Positions 26,461-34,644 of a DNA stretch of 37,199 nucleotides are shown here, in pieces (the first letter of the stretch is position 1; every line of letters starts with the position of its first letter). The stretch is from an uncultured virus (IMG/VR IMGVR_UViG_3300011830_000001) (taxonomy: Duplodnaviria > Heunggongvirae > Uroviricota > Caudoviricetes). The translations under genes and the position numbers were made by a program. The stretch covers positions 62,001 to 99,199 of the IMG/VR virus record IMGVR_UViG_3300011830_000001. One strand, given 5' to 3'. The notes beneath the pieces are model-generated. The model ran no database searches. It was not told where the DNA came from and saw nothing but the letters and a program-made list of their open reading frames with translations.

Positions 26461-27048
26461 ATGGCGAAGACGAATAACGAACTGGTAGAAGTGGCCCGCG
26501 CCGCGCTGGAATACATCGATGCGCTGCCGAACGAGGTTGTAGCCTCTCTGCCAGTGATGCCGGGCTTTGACCGGGATTGGGCTGAAAATACTCTGACGTT
26601 CTTTAGCAACCCGTGCAGCGAGCAGGAATCCGCGTTTTATGTGGGTTTTGATCGGTGCCAGGATGAAAATGTGCTGGAAAATGTGAATCTCAGCTTGCAG
26701 CCTGACGTTAAAGCGGCGATGGAAAAAATCGCCGGTGCGCTCGGCGCTAACGTGAGGGATAAATTCGAACCGTATCTTGACGTACCCCGTGAAGTGCTGG
26801 AGCAGGTGATCACCCCGTTGATCCCCCCGTCTACCCGCTCTGTGGTCGATATGTCCGGCGTGGAGCTGCCGGAAAGATTGCTCTTAAATCAAGGTCGGTC
26901 ATCCGCGCCAGATTTCATTATTTACGAGTGCGATGACTGCGGCGCTCTGTCAGTGGATGAACACGAATCAACGTGTCACTGCATGGGGCCGAAACGCACC
27001 TGGACGGCGATCCCGGTAAGCAAGGTTAGCGGAGGGAAAGACGAATAA
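26461..27048 (+). CDS. Hypothetical protein with C-terminal Cys cluster
   Basis: AALEYIDALP..LPVMPGFDRDW phage motif; CDDC..CHC. Confidence 0.75.
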   Translation: MAKTNNELVEVARAALEYIDALPNEVVASLPVMPGFDRDWAENTLTFFSNPCSEQESAFYVGFDRCQDENVLENVNLSLQPDVKAAMEKIAGALGANVRDKFEPYLDVPREVLEQVITPLIPPSTRSVVDMSGVELPERLLLNQGRSSAPDFIIYECDDCGALSVDEHESTCHCMGPKRTWTAIPVSKVSGGKDE

Positions 27049-27308
27049 TGGCCTATCCGAAGGGTAAGAAGCTGACCAAAGCAGAACAGAAGTGGGTAGA
27101 CGAGCTGCAAGCCGTTCTTGACCGCTGCCCGTCTGAGCGCCTCGGTTTTTACACCATAGGCGATAACAATGTTTTCCTGTACGACCTTACGCACAGCGAA
27201 GCGATCAATAAGAAACCAGGCGACCTGATTAACATCCTGAAAGAGAACGGCTGGGGCTTCGATGAAACCATAGATTTCCCCCAGCCAGTAGAGGGAGTGT
27301 GTGGCTAA
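27048..27308 (+). CDS. Conserved phage hypothetical protein
   Basis: KLTKAEQKWVDELQAVLDRCPS..GFYTIGD; GGAGG RBS. Confidence 0.75.
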   Translation: MAYPKGKKLTKAEQKWVDELQAVLDRCPSERLGFYTIGDNNVFLYDLTHSEAINKKPGDLINILKENGWGFDETIDFPQPVEGVCG

Positions 27309-27691
27309 TGGAAACGGAGATCAGTGCAGCGCCATCGGCACCGATTAACTTTTTCGTTTCAGATCTGTATCAGCCGGACGTCATGAAGTGGTACCCGGTC
27401 GGGGGTTTTAACGTGCTCAAGTGGGACACGTTCGACAGGAAAATGTTGGGGTCAACCCGCCTGCTTGACGGTAATGACCTGCTGGCTATCGAGTTTCGCT
27501 GGCTGGTGGACTACAGCGCCGGGAAGCAGGCAATAAGCCTTGTTACCGACCCGCCGCCTTTTATCGCGCAGCCGAAAAACAGCCACATAGACGCGCCGAT
27601 GCTGGATGTGTTTGAAACGTTAAATTCGCAGCTGGGCCTACTCGATAGTGTCCTGGCGTGCTGGAAAAGATATTACGCAGATGAATGTTAA
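27308..27691 (+). CDS. Hypothetical protein
   Basis: TAATG coupling with upstream gene. Confidence 0.7.
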   Translation: METEISAAPSAPINFFVSDLYQPDVMKWYPVGGFNVLKWDTFDRKMLGSTRLLDGNDLLAIEFRWLVDYSAGKQAISLVTDPPPFIAQPKNSHIDAPMLDVFETLNSQLGLLDSVLACWKRYYADEC

Positions 27692-28001
27692 AACGAAAAA
27701 TAAACCGCTGACCGACGCGCAGATCTACACCCTGCGCCGTATGAATTCCGGCACTAAGTACATGATGCAGGGCAACGGGAAAAAAGGTTTTGAACGCCGT
27801 CCAGACGTGCGCCGTTCGTTTGGTTATGACGACGTGAACGCGCCTAGCGTCCCCGTGCTGTATCGCATGGGGCTGGTGGAATTTACGCTGAATCGCGGGC
27901 AGGAGCCTGTGAAATTCTACCGCGTACAACTGACCGACGCGGGCCGCGAAGCAGCTGCAACCCTAAAAGTAAGTACGGAGCGCACCCCGGAGAAAGCATA
28001 A
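27681..28001 (+). CDS. Hypothetical basic protein, possibly winged-helix
   Basis: LYRMGLVE...VQLTDAGREAA ending. Confidence 0.65.
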   Translation: MNVKTKNKPLTDAQIYTLRRMNSGTKYMMQGNGKKGFERRPDVRRSFGYDDVNAPSVPVLYRMGLVEFTLNRGQEPVKFYRVQLTDAGREAAATLKVSTERTPEKA

Positions 28002-28195
28002 TGAGTGAATTTGAGCGGGGTATTTTCTATGCGGCATATCTTATTTGCGAACTTCACGATCACCAAACAATAGCAGCCGATGTTATTCGTGAAGCCAATT
28101 TGGAAAACGCAGATATTTCGGGGCTTGATGATTGCGAAAAAGATATGTTGCTTGAATTAAATAAATCAGAGCACCTTAATTTAAAGGTTAAATAA
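28001..28195 (+). CDS. Hypothetical protein
   Basis: 64 aa, AT-rich, coupled at both ends. Confidence 0.7.
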   Translation: MSEFERGIFYAAYLICELHDHQTIAADVIREANLENADISGLDDCEKDMLLELNKSEHLNLKVK

Positions 28196-28476
28196 TGGCT
28201 TCTTTCACCAAAGAGCAGTTGATAGCGCACATCACCGCAAAGGCAGCGCGTATAAAGCCAGATTCACAGGTTAACGATGCCCTCCGCAATGAAGCGTTAA
28301 TGAATAAACGCGTGTTGGAAATAGCACTGGCAGCGTTGACGGCACCGGATATCGTCCCACGCCCGGTATATAACGTGATTTACGAGCAATGCGGTGGATT
28401 CGTGGAATGCGAGGCAGACGCACAGGTAATATGGACGGCCTGCCGCAGTGCCATTCTGGAGGAAAATAATGGCTGA
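28195..28476 (+). CDS. Hypothetical protein, lambdoid Ea-region-like
   Basis: FTKEQLI..LEIALAALTAP..IWTACRSAIL. Confidence 0.7.
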   Translation: MASFTKEQLIAHITAKAARIKPDSQVNDALRNEALMNKRVLEIALAALTAPDIVPRPVYNVIYEQCGGFVECEADAQVIWTACRSAILEENNG

Positions 28477-28966
28477 CTATCGCAAAAAACATACGCGCCT
28501 GTGGGAGCGCTTTGACGAAGCGAGTCACGGCAACGCTGAGCAGATGAAAGATATTGCCGAAGCGGCGCTGGATGCCCTTGAGCAGGCAGAGCAGCAGATC
28601 CCTGAACTGAATACCCAGCCTTTCGGATTCACTGACGGCGATAAACACGGCATGGTGTACGAACCCCGGCATGCCGACAGGCTAAAAGAGCCTGTTGCGC
28701 TTTATCGCGCCACCCAAACAGCGCCAGCGCGTTTCGTGAAAATGCCCGGCAACATTGCCACCTGTCCGGAGTGTGGTAGCGAATCCCTGACCTGGGCACC
28801 AGCTGTGACCATTCACAACACGGTGCAGCAGGGCAGGTTAACAACGAAAGACGTTTCCGGGCTGTTTTATCTCGGCTGTGACGAGTGCTCTGAGACGGTG
28901 GCCCACGCCAGCGCAGAAGAGATCGCCACGTTCCTGAACGATTGCCGCACCGCTTCAAAAAAATAA
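28469..28966 (+). CDS. Hypothetical protein with Zn-ribbon
   Basis: GGAGG RBS; CPECGS..CDECSE. Confidence 0.72.
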   Translation: MADYRKKHTRLWERFDEASHGNAEQMKDIAEAALDALEQAEQQIPELNTQPFGFTDGDKHGMVYEPRHADRLKEPVALYRATQTAPARFVKMPGNIATCPECGSESLTWAPAVTIHNTVQQGRLTTKDVSGLFYLGCDECSETVAHASAEEIATFLNDCRTASKK

Positions 28967-28980
28967 AAAGGATTACCGAC

Positions 28981-29262
28981 ATGAGCCATAAGCTGATCAA
29001 TATCGAAGCCGCTACCATTCATAAAATTACCCGCCGTGAAGGCGATGCCGCGCCGTATGACGTTATTCAGGTGCTGGACGAAGAGGGCGAGGAACAATAC
29101 CTGTTTCCCCCGGTGCTGTCCGTTGCCGAGGTAAAGGCCATCCTCCGCGAAATTAACTACGCCTATGACAAAGGCTATGACGTCGGGTCTGCTGCCCGCG
29201 TCCGCGCTATCTGCGAAGCGCTGGGATTTAATCCGGAAATGCTGGAGGCCAACAATGACTGA
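28981..29262 (+). CDS. Hypothetical protein
   Basis: AAGGA RBS before MSHKLINI. Confidence 0.72.
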   Translation: MSHKLINIEAATIHKITRREGDAAPYDVIQVLDEEGEEQYLFPPVLSVAEVKAILREINYAYDKGYDVGSAARVRAICEALGFNPEMLEANND

Positions 29263-29572
29263 TTATATTTGGGTAGTTCGCAAAGGGCTGCTTACGGGTA
29301 TGGGCATGGCAAGCGAACTCAAGTCCTATATTGGATGCTATGAAGTCATGAAAGAAACGCCGAAGGGCTACCGCGTCAAAGTAAACTACAGCAAAGATGG
29401 TAGTGTCATGACCCATGAGAAGTACGACATTTTCCAGAGTGAAAAGGAATTGCTGGAGCATATTGCTGATAAGGCCAACAAGATGGCAGATGTGCTGGAT
29501 AAGCAGAAGCTGTCGTATACGCGCCTCCTGTGCGATGCACACGACGCGCTGAGAGACTTAAACCAAAAGTGA
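29255..29572 (+). CDS. Hypothetical protein
   Basis: GGAGG RBS before MTDYIWVV. Confidence 0.72.
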   Translation: MTDYIWVVRKGLLTGMGMASELKSYIGCYEVMKETPKGYRVKVNYSKDGSVMTHEKYDIFQSEKELLEHIADKANKMADVLDKQKLSYTRLLCDAHDALRDLNQK

Positions 29573-30228
29573 AGGTAACACACACCCATAGCCAGCTAAA
29601 CGCCATAGCGGTGCGCTGGCTGCTTCGTGCGGCGTCCTCTAAAGGGGCGTCGTGTCATGTAGCCTTTCAGGAGGTCAGCGACACCAGCGGTACCGAACGC
29701 TGTGATGCGTGGGGCTACTCCTGGGGCTGGCGTCCCTTCTCCGTGCTGGTGGAGGTCAAGGTATCCCGGTCGGACTTCCTCCGGGACAAACACAAGCCGC
29801 ACCGCCAGCAGGGCGGAGTAGGGACATACCGTTATTACATGTGCCCGGAAGGGCTGCTGACCGTGGAGGATATGCCGGAGCGCTGGGGGCTGATTTGGGT
29901 TAACAGCCGGGGCCACTGCCGGATAATGGCTGGCGCAGCCTGCTGCCATATTTCAGAGGGCTACCACGGCGGCTGGATAGAGGAACAGTGGAAGCACAAA
30001 GCCGACCAGGTAACAGAACTCAACATGCTGGCCTACATGTTTAAGCGGGTCGGTGATCCGGATGCGCTGCTACAGCAGCAGCGGGCCAACGCCCGTGAAA
30101 TTACCAGCCTCAAAGCTCAGAACGCCGAGCAGGCCAAACAGCTTAAGCAATACCGCAGAGACGTCACTCGATACTCCCGCATGCTCGACGCTATACCTCG
30201 CAGCGAACCCGGCGATATGCTCATTTAA
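29569..30228 (+). CDS. PD-(D/E)xK nuclease-like protein (MmcB-like)
   Basis: E..RCDAWG..VLVEVKVSRSDFLRD..YRYYMCPEGL..PERWGL; GTGA overlap start. Confidence 0.75.
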   Translation: MKVTHTHSQLNAIAVRWLLRAASSKGASCHVAFQEVSDTSGTERCDAWGYSWGWRPFSVLVEVKVSRSDFLRDKHKPHRQQGGVGTYRYYMCPEGLLTVEDMPERWGLIWVNSRGHCRIMAGAACCHISEGYHGGWIEEQWKHKADQVTELNMLAYMFKRVGDPDALLQQQRANAREITSLKAQNAEQAKQLKQYRRDVTRYSRMLDAIPRSEPGDMLI

Positions 30229-30240
30229 TTCGTTCTTATC

Positions 30241-30299
30241 AGATCTAAACCGTTTGTGTATCTAAACGTATTCACTTTCGGTTTAGAGCCGCGTACACT
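30241..30299 (+). promoter_or_regulatory. Promoter/operator cassette A
   Basis: AGATCTAAAC..TTGTGTATCTAAAC..TTCACT-N17-TACACT with GTTTAGAGC in the spacer. Confidence 0.75.
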
Positions 30300-30331
30300 C
30301 ACCACGTCGCACAAAATGATAAGGCTCAAAA

Positions 30332-30724
30332 ATGACTCAACCCCGAACTAATATGCAGCGCGATATGGTCTGCTCCATGATTGATTGGATCGAGAAGCAC
30401 CTTGCCGATGACCTCACCGTTAATATGATTGCCGAGCGGGCAGGGTATTCAAAATGGCACTTTCAGCGAGTTTTTCACGCCATTACCGGCACCACGGTTA
30501 AGGGGTACATCATTGCCCGGCGATTATCAGAATGCGCCATTGCCCTGCGGCGGCATCCCAACAGCTCTATTAACGACGCGGCTGCTATCTGCGGCTATTC
30601 CTGCCAACAGGGATTTAGCCGCGCTTTTAAATCACGCTTTGGTATCACGCCACGCGTTGCGCAGAAGTGCGACGTGCCTGCTGATTTGCTCCAGAAGCCT
30701 CTTACAGCGGGCGATCTGCTATGA
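30332..30724 (+). CDS. MarA/SoxS/RamA-like stand-alone AraC-family activator
   Basis: IDWIEKHL..IAERAGYSKWHFQRVF..RRLSE..GYSCQQGFSRAFK..FGITP. Confidence 0.88.
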   Translation: MTQPRTNMQRDMVCSMIDWIEKHLADDLTVNMIAERAGYSKWHFQRVFHAITGTTVKGYIIARRLSECAIALRRHPNSSINDAAAICGYSCQQGFSRAFKSRFGITPRVAQKCDVPADLLQKPLTAGDLL

Positions 30725-31428
30725 AAGAGCTGACGCCCGCGCAGATCGAGAAACGTTACGCCCAACAACAGGCGATGCAGGAGCGTGCCCGCGCCAAACA
30801 GCGGGCCAAACAGGCCGATCCGGAGTGGCAGCGCGAGCAACGCGAAAAGCAGAGCGTACGTCAGCAGCGCTACGCCGCACGCGCCCGAGAGAAGCAGGCC
30901 GATAAATTTCGCACAGCCACCATCGCGCAGCAGGATTCTATAGACGATTACAGCAACGAGAGCCTGCCGCAGCTGCCGGAAGACCCGCGCTTAACGGCGC
31001 TGGCCCGCATAGATCCCAAGCCCCCCAAACAGCCGCAGCGCAAACCAGCGAAGCGCACCAGCACGCGAGGCCTGAAAGGGCGTACACCGCTGGCGCATGA
31101 GCGCAACCTTGCTGACCAGCTGGCTAAGCTGCCGTGTATTGCCTGCCTGGCGCACGGGAAGGTGAGCCACGTTATCAGCCTTCACCATATGCACGGGCGC
31201 ACTGTGCTGGGCGCACACGAAACGCAGCTCCCGCTGTGCACCTGGCATCATCAGGAGCTGGCCCCCGTGGAGATCCGCCGGGCGCACCCGTGGTTGATTC
31301 CGTTCCATGCCGCAGGCAAACACGGTGGTAAACGTGAATGGGAGCGCCTGAACGGCACGCAGGAAGACCTTTATCAACGCTGTCTGGTGCTAATCGCCGA
31401 CGGCACAACCTATGAGGCAGTAGCATGA
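30721..31428 (+). CDS. ref: Ref, RecA-dependent HNH-type nuclease
   Basis: RGLKGRTP..LPCIACLAHG..SLHH..GRT..QLPLCTWHHQ..PWLIPFHA matches recalled P1 Ref. Confidence 0.93.
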   Translation: MKELTPAQIEKRYAQQQAMQERARAKQRAKQADPEWQREQREKQSVRQQRYAARAREKQADKFRTATIAQQDSIDDYSNESLPQLPEDPRLTALARIDPKPPKQPQRKPAKRTSTRGLKGRTPLAHERNLADQLAKLPCIACLAHGKVSHVISLHHMHGRTVLGAHETQLPLCTWHHQELAPVEIRRAHPWLIPFHAAGKHGGKREWERLNGTQEDLYQRCLVLIADGTTYEAVA

Positions 31429-31736
31429 AACCGTTTATGTTCGTCGTTGAGAAAGACAGCGAAGAGGCCTGCGACCGTCGCATTTTCGAAATGGTGCGCC
31501 TACTGATTAAGTACAATTACACCGCCGATAATGGGTGCTGGCGTACGGCGACCCGTGAGCGGTACCGGAACGCGGCGATCTCCATGCGAGAAATGGTGCG
31601 CCGGACGCTGAATAAACACTATCCGGGTTACGAAACCTGGCTCGTCAAACCGACCGGAAGCTCACTTGTTATAGACCTTGATGCAAACCGAAACTTGTCC
31701 TTTTTAATCACTATGGGTTATGAAAAAAAGGCGTAA
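31425..31736 (+). CDS. Hypothetical protein
   Basis: 103 aa, GAGG RBS, ATGA overlap. Confidence 0.7.
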   Translation: MKPFMFVVEKDSEEACDRRIFEMVRLLIKYNYTADNGCWRTATRERYRNAAISMREMVRRTLNKHYPGYETWLVKPTGSSLVIDLDANRNLSFLITMGYEKKA

Positions 31737-31773
31737 CAGGTATCGTCTTAAATTAAATTATTTCGCTATTATC

Positions 31774-31831
31774 AGATCTAAACCGATTGTGTAACTAAAC
31801 AGTTTAAAAATAGTTTAGAGCGGAGTAATAT
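31774..31831 (+). promoter_or_regulatory. Promoter/operator cassette B
   Basis: AGATCTAAAC..TTGTGTAACTAAAC..TTTAAA-N17-TAATAT with GTTTAGAGC in the spacer. Confidence 0.72.
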
Positions 31832-31881
31832 GCTCAACCGAGGCGGCATGGTGCCGCCTATTCGATAACCTGGGGGGTTAT

Positions 31882-32124
31882 ATGTCCAACAAGATTACTG
31901 CGGTAGAACCGGCTCGCGCAGTGGTAAAGGCGCACCGTGAGCAGCTGCGTGACCGCGCCATCGCCGCACTGAAAGAGGCCGAGGCATTACTCGCCGAGCT
32001 GGCTGGTGGTTACACCGAAGAGAAAGACGGCACTTTCAGCGCCTGTCACCCGCATAACGGCTTTGTGAGCACCGAGGGCCAGATCACCAAAATCCGCAAA
32101 GCGCTGGCTAAGGCCAAAGTATGA
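31882..32124 (+). CDS. Hypothetical protein
   Basis: 80 aa, G-rich RBS. Confidence 0.72.
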   Translation: MSNKITAVEPARAVVKAHREQLRDRAIAALKEAEALLAELAGGYTEEKDGTFSACHPHNGFVSTEGQITKIRKALAKAKV

Positions 32125-32351
32125 AAAAGCAAATCCAAAACCACGCCAGTCGCACCGAGGCAATCCGTGGTTTAGAAATCGGCGATTCCATTCTGCTTGT
32201 GCCGTATGCCGACGCCGAGTACCCCCGCGAACAGGCCTGCCTGAAATCGACTGCCACCCGCCTGGGTTACAAGATCGAGCTGAAAAAGGCGCTGATCGTC
32301 ATCGAGGGCGAACCCCCTCAATTATCAATGCGCGTTACCCGCGTCTTATAG
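32121..32351 (+). CDS. Hypothetical protein
   Basis: 76 aa, ATGA overlap. Confidence 0.7.
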   Translation: MKKQIQNHASRTEAIRGLEIGDSILLVPYADAEYPREQACLKSTATRLGYKIELKKALIVIEGEPPQLSMRVTRVL

Positions 32352-32359
32352 GAACCATC

Positions 32360-32632
32360 ATGGCTAAATCTGCCGCAGATCTCATTGCCAGCATTCAGGG
32401 GGCCAAAAGCCTTGATGAGCTGTATTCCTCGCTGGGTAACGCTTCCGCGCTCAAAAACCCGCAACGCGAGCGCTTCAAGCGTATTGCTGCCATTCCCGAG
32501 CAGTACGGGCCGGATTGGGCTAAATGGCCTGCCGACGTCAAAGCCGAGTATGACCAGCTGTGTCATGAGCGCGATGAACATGCCGCGTTATTTGAAGAAC
32601 AATTCCAGTTTGAGCGGAAAAAACGCCTGTGA
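32360..32632 (+). CDS. Hypothetical protein with DarB-like N-terminal motif
   Basis: AGGA RBS; IASIQGAKSLDELYSSL. Confidence 0.72.
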   Translation: MAKSAADLIASIQGAKSLDELYSSLGNASALKNPQRERFKRIAAIPEQYGPDWAKWPADVKAEYDQLCHERDEHAALFEEQFQFERKKRL

Positions 32633-32982
32633 GTAAGCTCGATAAAGAGACCGAGGCTCGCCTTCACAGCCAGCTGGTTCGCCTGGGCGACATGATCGGG
32701 GATGGTCTCGATCTGGAGCCGGGCGGTGCATGGATCCGCCAGGAGTACCGGAGAATCACTACCGCGCTGGGGATAAAGCTACCACGCCGCCCCAACGCGC
32801 CAATGCCGGACAAATTGAAGCAAGAGATCAACAGCCGGATGGCAACACGTTGCCAGCATGAACGTTGCCCGCACTGCAAGCTCGAACGCGCAACACTGAA
32901 ACAAACCCGCAGCGGGTCAATGTCCGCCCGCTGCACGATATGTGGGCGCAGCTACAAGCTGCTCCGGAAGGGGAATAAGTAA
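32629..32982 (+). CDS. Hypothetical protein with C-terminal Zn-ribbon
   Basis: QLVRLGDMIGDGL..W; CPHC..CTICG. Confidence 0.72.
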   Translation: MSKLDKETEARLHSQLVRLGDMIGDGLDLEPGGAWIRQEYRRITTALGIKLPRRPNAPMPDKLKQEINSRMATRCQHERCPHCKLERATLKQTRSGSMSARCTICGRSYKLLRKGNK

Positions 32983-33257
32983 TGCTGTACTGGAAGACCG
33001 CTAAACAGCTCTACGGATCGCCGCGAAAATGCCTGATGCTCGGTACCTATTGCGTAGGCATCGTGTCCTATGACATGACGATTAGCCGTAACGATGAGCG
33101 CAAATACGCCGCTTACGCGTATCTGCCTGGCCTCAAAAAGACGGCTACCCATTTCAGGAGAGAAAGTGAAGCGCAAGAGGCTGTATTTGAGGCTGTTGCA
33201 GACTGGATCCGCAAGGCAGGCCTGCTTATGCCCGCTGTAGAGGCTTTACCAGCATGA
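32982..33257 (+). CDS. Hypothetical protein
   Basis: 91 aa, coupled. Confidence 0.7.
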   Translation: MLYWKTAKQLYGSPRKCLMLGTYCVGIVSYDMTISRNDERKYAAYAYLPGLKKTATHFRRESEAQEAVFEAVADWIRKAGLLMPAVEALPA

Positions 33258-33580
33258 AGCAGCCGCAAAGCCTCCGGACGCTGACGCTCCCCGTTAAGCG
33301 GGAGTATTTCGAGCAGATGGCCTCCGGGGAAAAGCTGTTTGAGTACCGTCTCAGGACGGCGTTTTGGGCCGCTCGGCTGGTGGACAAACACTATGACCAG
33401 CTGGTGATCACCCTCGGCTATCCGAAGCGTGAGGACGCCGCCCGCCGCCTGGTGCTGGAGTATGCCGGGTACGAGCTGCAAACCATCACGCATCCGCATT
33501 TTGGGCCAGAGCCAGTGGACGTCTATGCGATCCGGGTTATTGGCGCACTGAACCTGCTTAACCACCAGCAGGCTAATTGA
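33254..33580 (+). CDS. ASCH-domain protein
   Basis: LTLPVKREYFEQMASGEKLFEYR..FW..RL..GYP..HPHFG. Confidence 0.85.
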   Translation: MKQPQSLRTLTLPVKREYFEQMASGEKLFEYRLRTAFWAARLVDKHYDQLVITLGYPKREDAARRLVLEYAGYELQTITHPHFGPEPVDVYAIRVIGALNLLNHQQAN

Positions 33581-33595
33581 GTAGTAAGGGACGCT

Positions 33596-33838
33596 ATGAG
33601 CCTTAAAAAGCTGTATTGCGATAATTGCGGTAATTACCTGATGGGGGGAGATGGCGAATGCCACGACTGCCACTGTGGATGGAAGCAACCAGTGAACGAA
33701 AAGAAAAGCTGTAACGGCTGCGGCAATGACGACGCCGAGTATGTGACGAGCTGCCCGCACTGCGGTAGCGAAAAATGCGACCAGTGTGACGCAGGGGATG
33801 ATGTTGAATGTGGCAACTGTTGCCTTGAGGACGACTGA
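33596..33838 (+). CDS. Small Cys-rich acidic protein
   Basis: 80 aa with six CxxC-type motifs. Confidence 0.72.
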   Translation: MSLKKLYCDNCGNYLMGGDGECHDCHCGWKQPVNEKKSCNGCGNDDAEYVTSCPHCGSEKCDQCDAGDDVECGNCCLEDD

Positions 33839-34359
33839 TGAGCAGCGTTAACCCTATAGATATTGGCCTGTTTATGGGTGATGCAGGCATGGCTACGCTG
33901 TCCTACCGCCTTAATGACAGCTGGAAAATCCACTCATTCCCGGCAGGGGACGATTGCAAAAGTATTGCCGAATCGGTCATGCGTATGCTGGAAACCCTCC
34001 CGCCTGCTCGCCTTGTGCTGAACAGGGCAGGCCTGGGTGACGTTATCGGCAATGAGCTGCGGGAAAAGGGGGCGGCGGTGCTGATGGTAAAAATGGCTGC
34101 ACCGTTGAAGAAGCCGCAAGAACGGGCTGAATACCTGAATTTGCGGGCTAAATGCTACGTGAAACTGAACGAGCAGCCGGAAGCGCTGGACTCGTTTTGT
34201 GTGGATATTCCGGGGCCATTCAGTCTGGATAGCTGCCTGCAATCAGATAGCGGCTGCTGGCGGGTGATAAAGCTGATGATGATGCGTATGTTTTATCCTG
34301 ATCATTACATGGGGCTGGAAGCGTCAGCTCTTTGCATAGCGGGGGAGTTTTATGCCTGA
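33838..34359 (+). CDS. Stand-alone degenerate terminase large-subunit nuclease-like domain
   Basis: IDIG..VLNRAGLG....NEL..G..V..V.M....YLNLRAKCY..SGCWRV..PDH parallels terminase C-terminal domains. Confidence 0.6.
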   Translation: MSSVNPIDIGLFMGDAGMATLSYRLNDSWKIHSFPAGDDCKSIAESVMRMLETLPPARLVLNRAGLGDVIGNELREKGAAVLMVKMAAPLKKPQERAEYLNLRAKCYVKLNEQPEALDSFCVDIPGPFSLDSCLQSDSGCWRVIKLMMMRMFYPDHYMGLEASALCIAGEFYA

Positions 34360-34468
34360 TTACGACAAAGCAATCCTCATCGTTGCTGTGATCCTGATGG
34401 CGCTGGGCGGCGCAGTATTTTTTATTTTAGAGCAGATAGTTTCTATAATTCGAATCAGTTTCAGCTGA
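34352..34468 (+). CDS. 38-aa single-TM peptide (absent from ORF track)
   Basis: GGGGAG RBS; MPDYDKAILIVAVILMALGGAVFFILEQIVSIIRISFS. Confidence 0.6.
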   Translation: MPDYDKAILIVAVILMALGGAVFFILEQIVSIIRISFS

Positions 34469-34491
34469 TATAAAAAAATATTTCACCCCTC

Positions 34492-34518
34492 AAGCCCGCA
34501 TTCTGCGGGCTTTTATTT
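34492..34518 (+). terminator. Intrinsic terminator
   Basis: AAGCCCGCA-TTC-TGCGGGCTT-TTATTT. Confidence 0.85.
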
Positions 34519-34519
34519 A

Positions 34520-34577
34520 ACTCTAAACTGTTTGTGTATCTAAACGGTTTGATTTCCGTTTAGAGCTGGCGTATATT
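34520..34577 (+). promoter_or_regulatory. Promoter/operator cassette C
   Basis: ACTCTAAAC..TTGTGTATCTAAAC..TTGATT-N17-TATATT with GTTTAGAGC in the spacer. Confidence 0.75.
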
Positions 34578-34644
34578 CTTTTCACCGGGGCGAAGGCTCC
34601 CAGCGTATCGGCGCTTACCGACACCAGTGAACAGGAATACCGAC

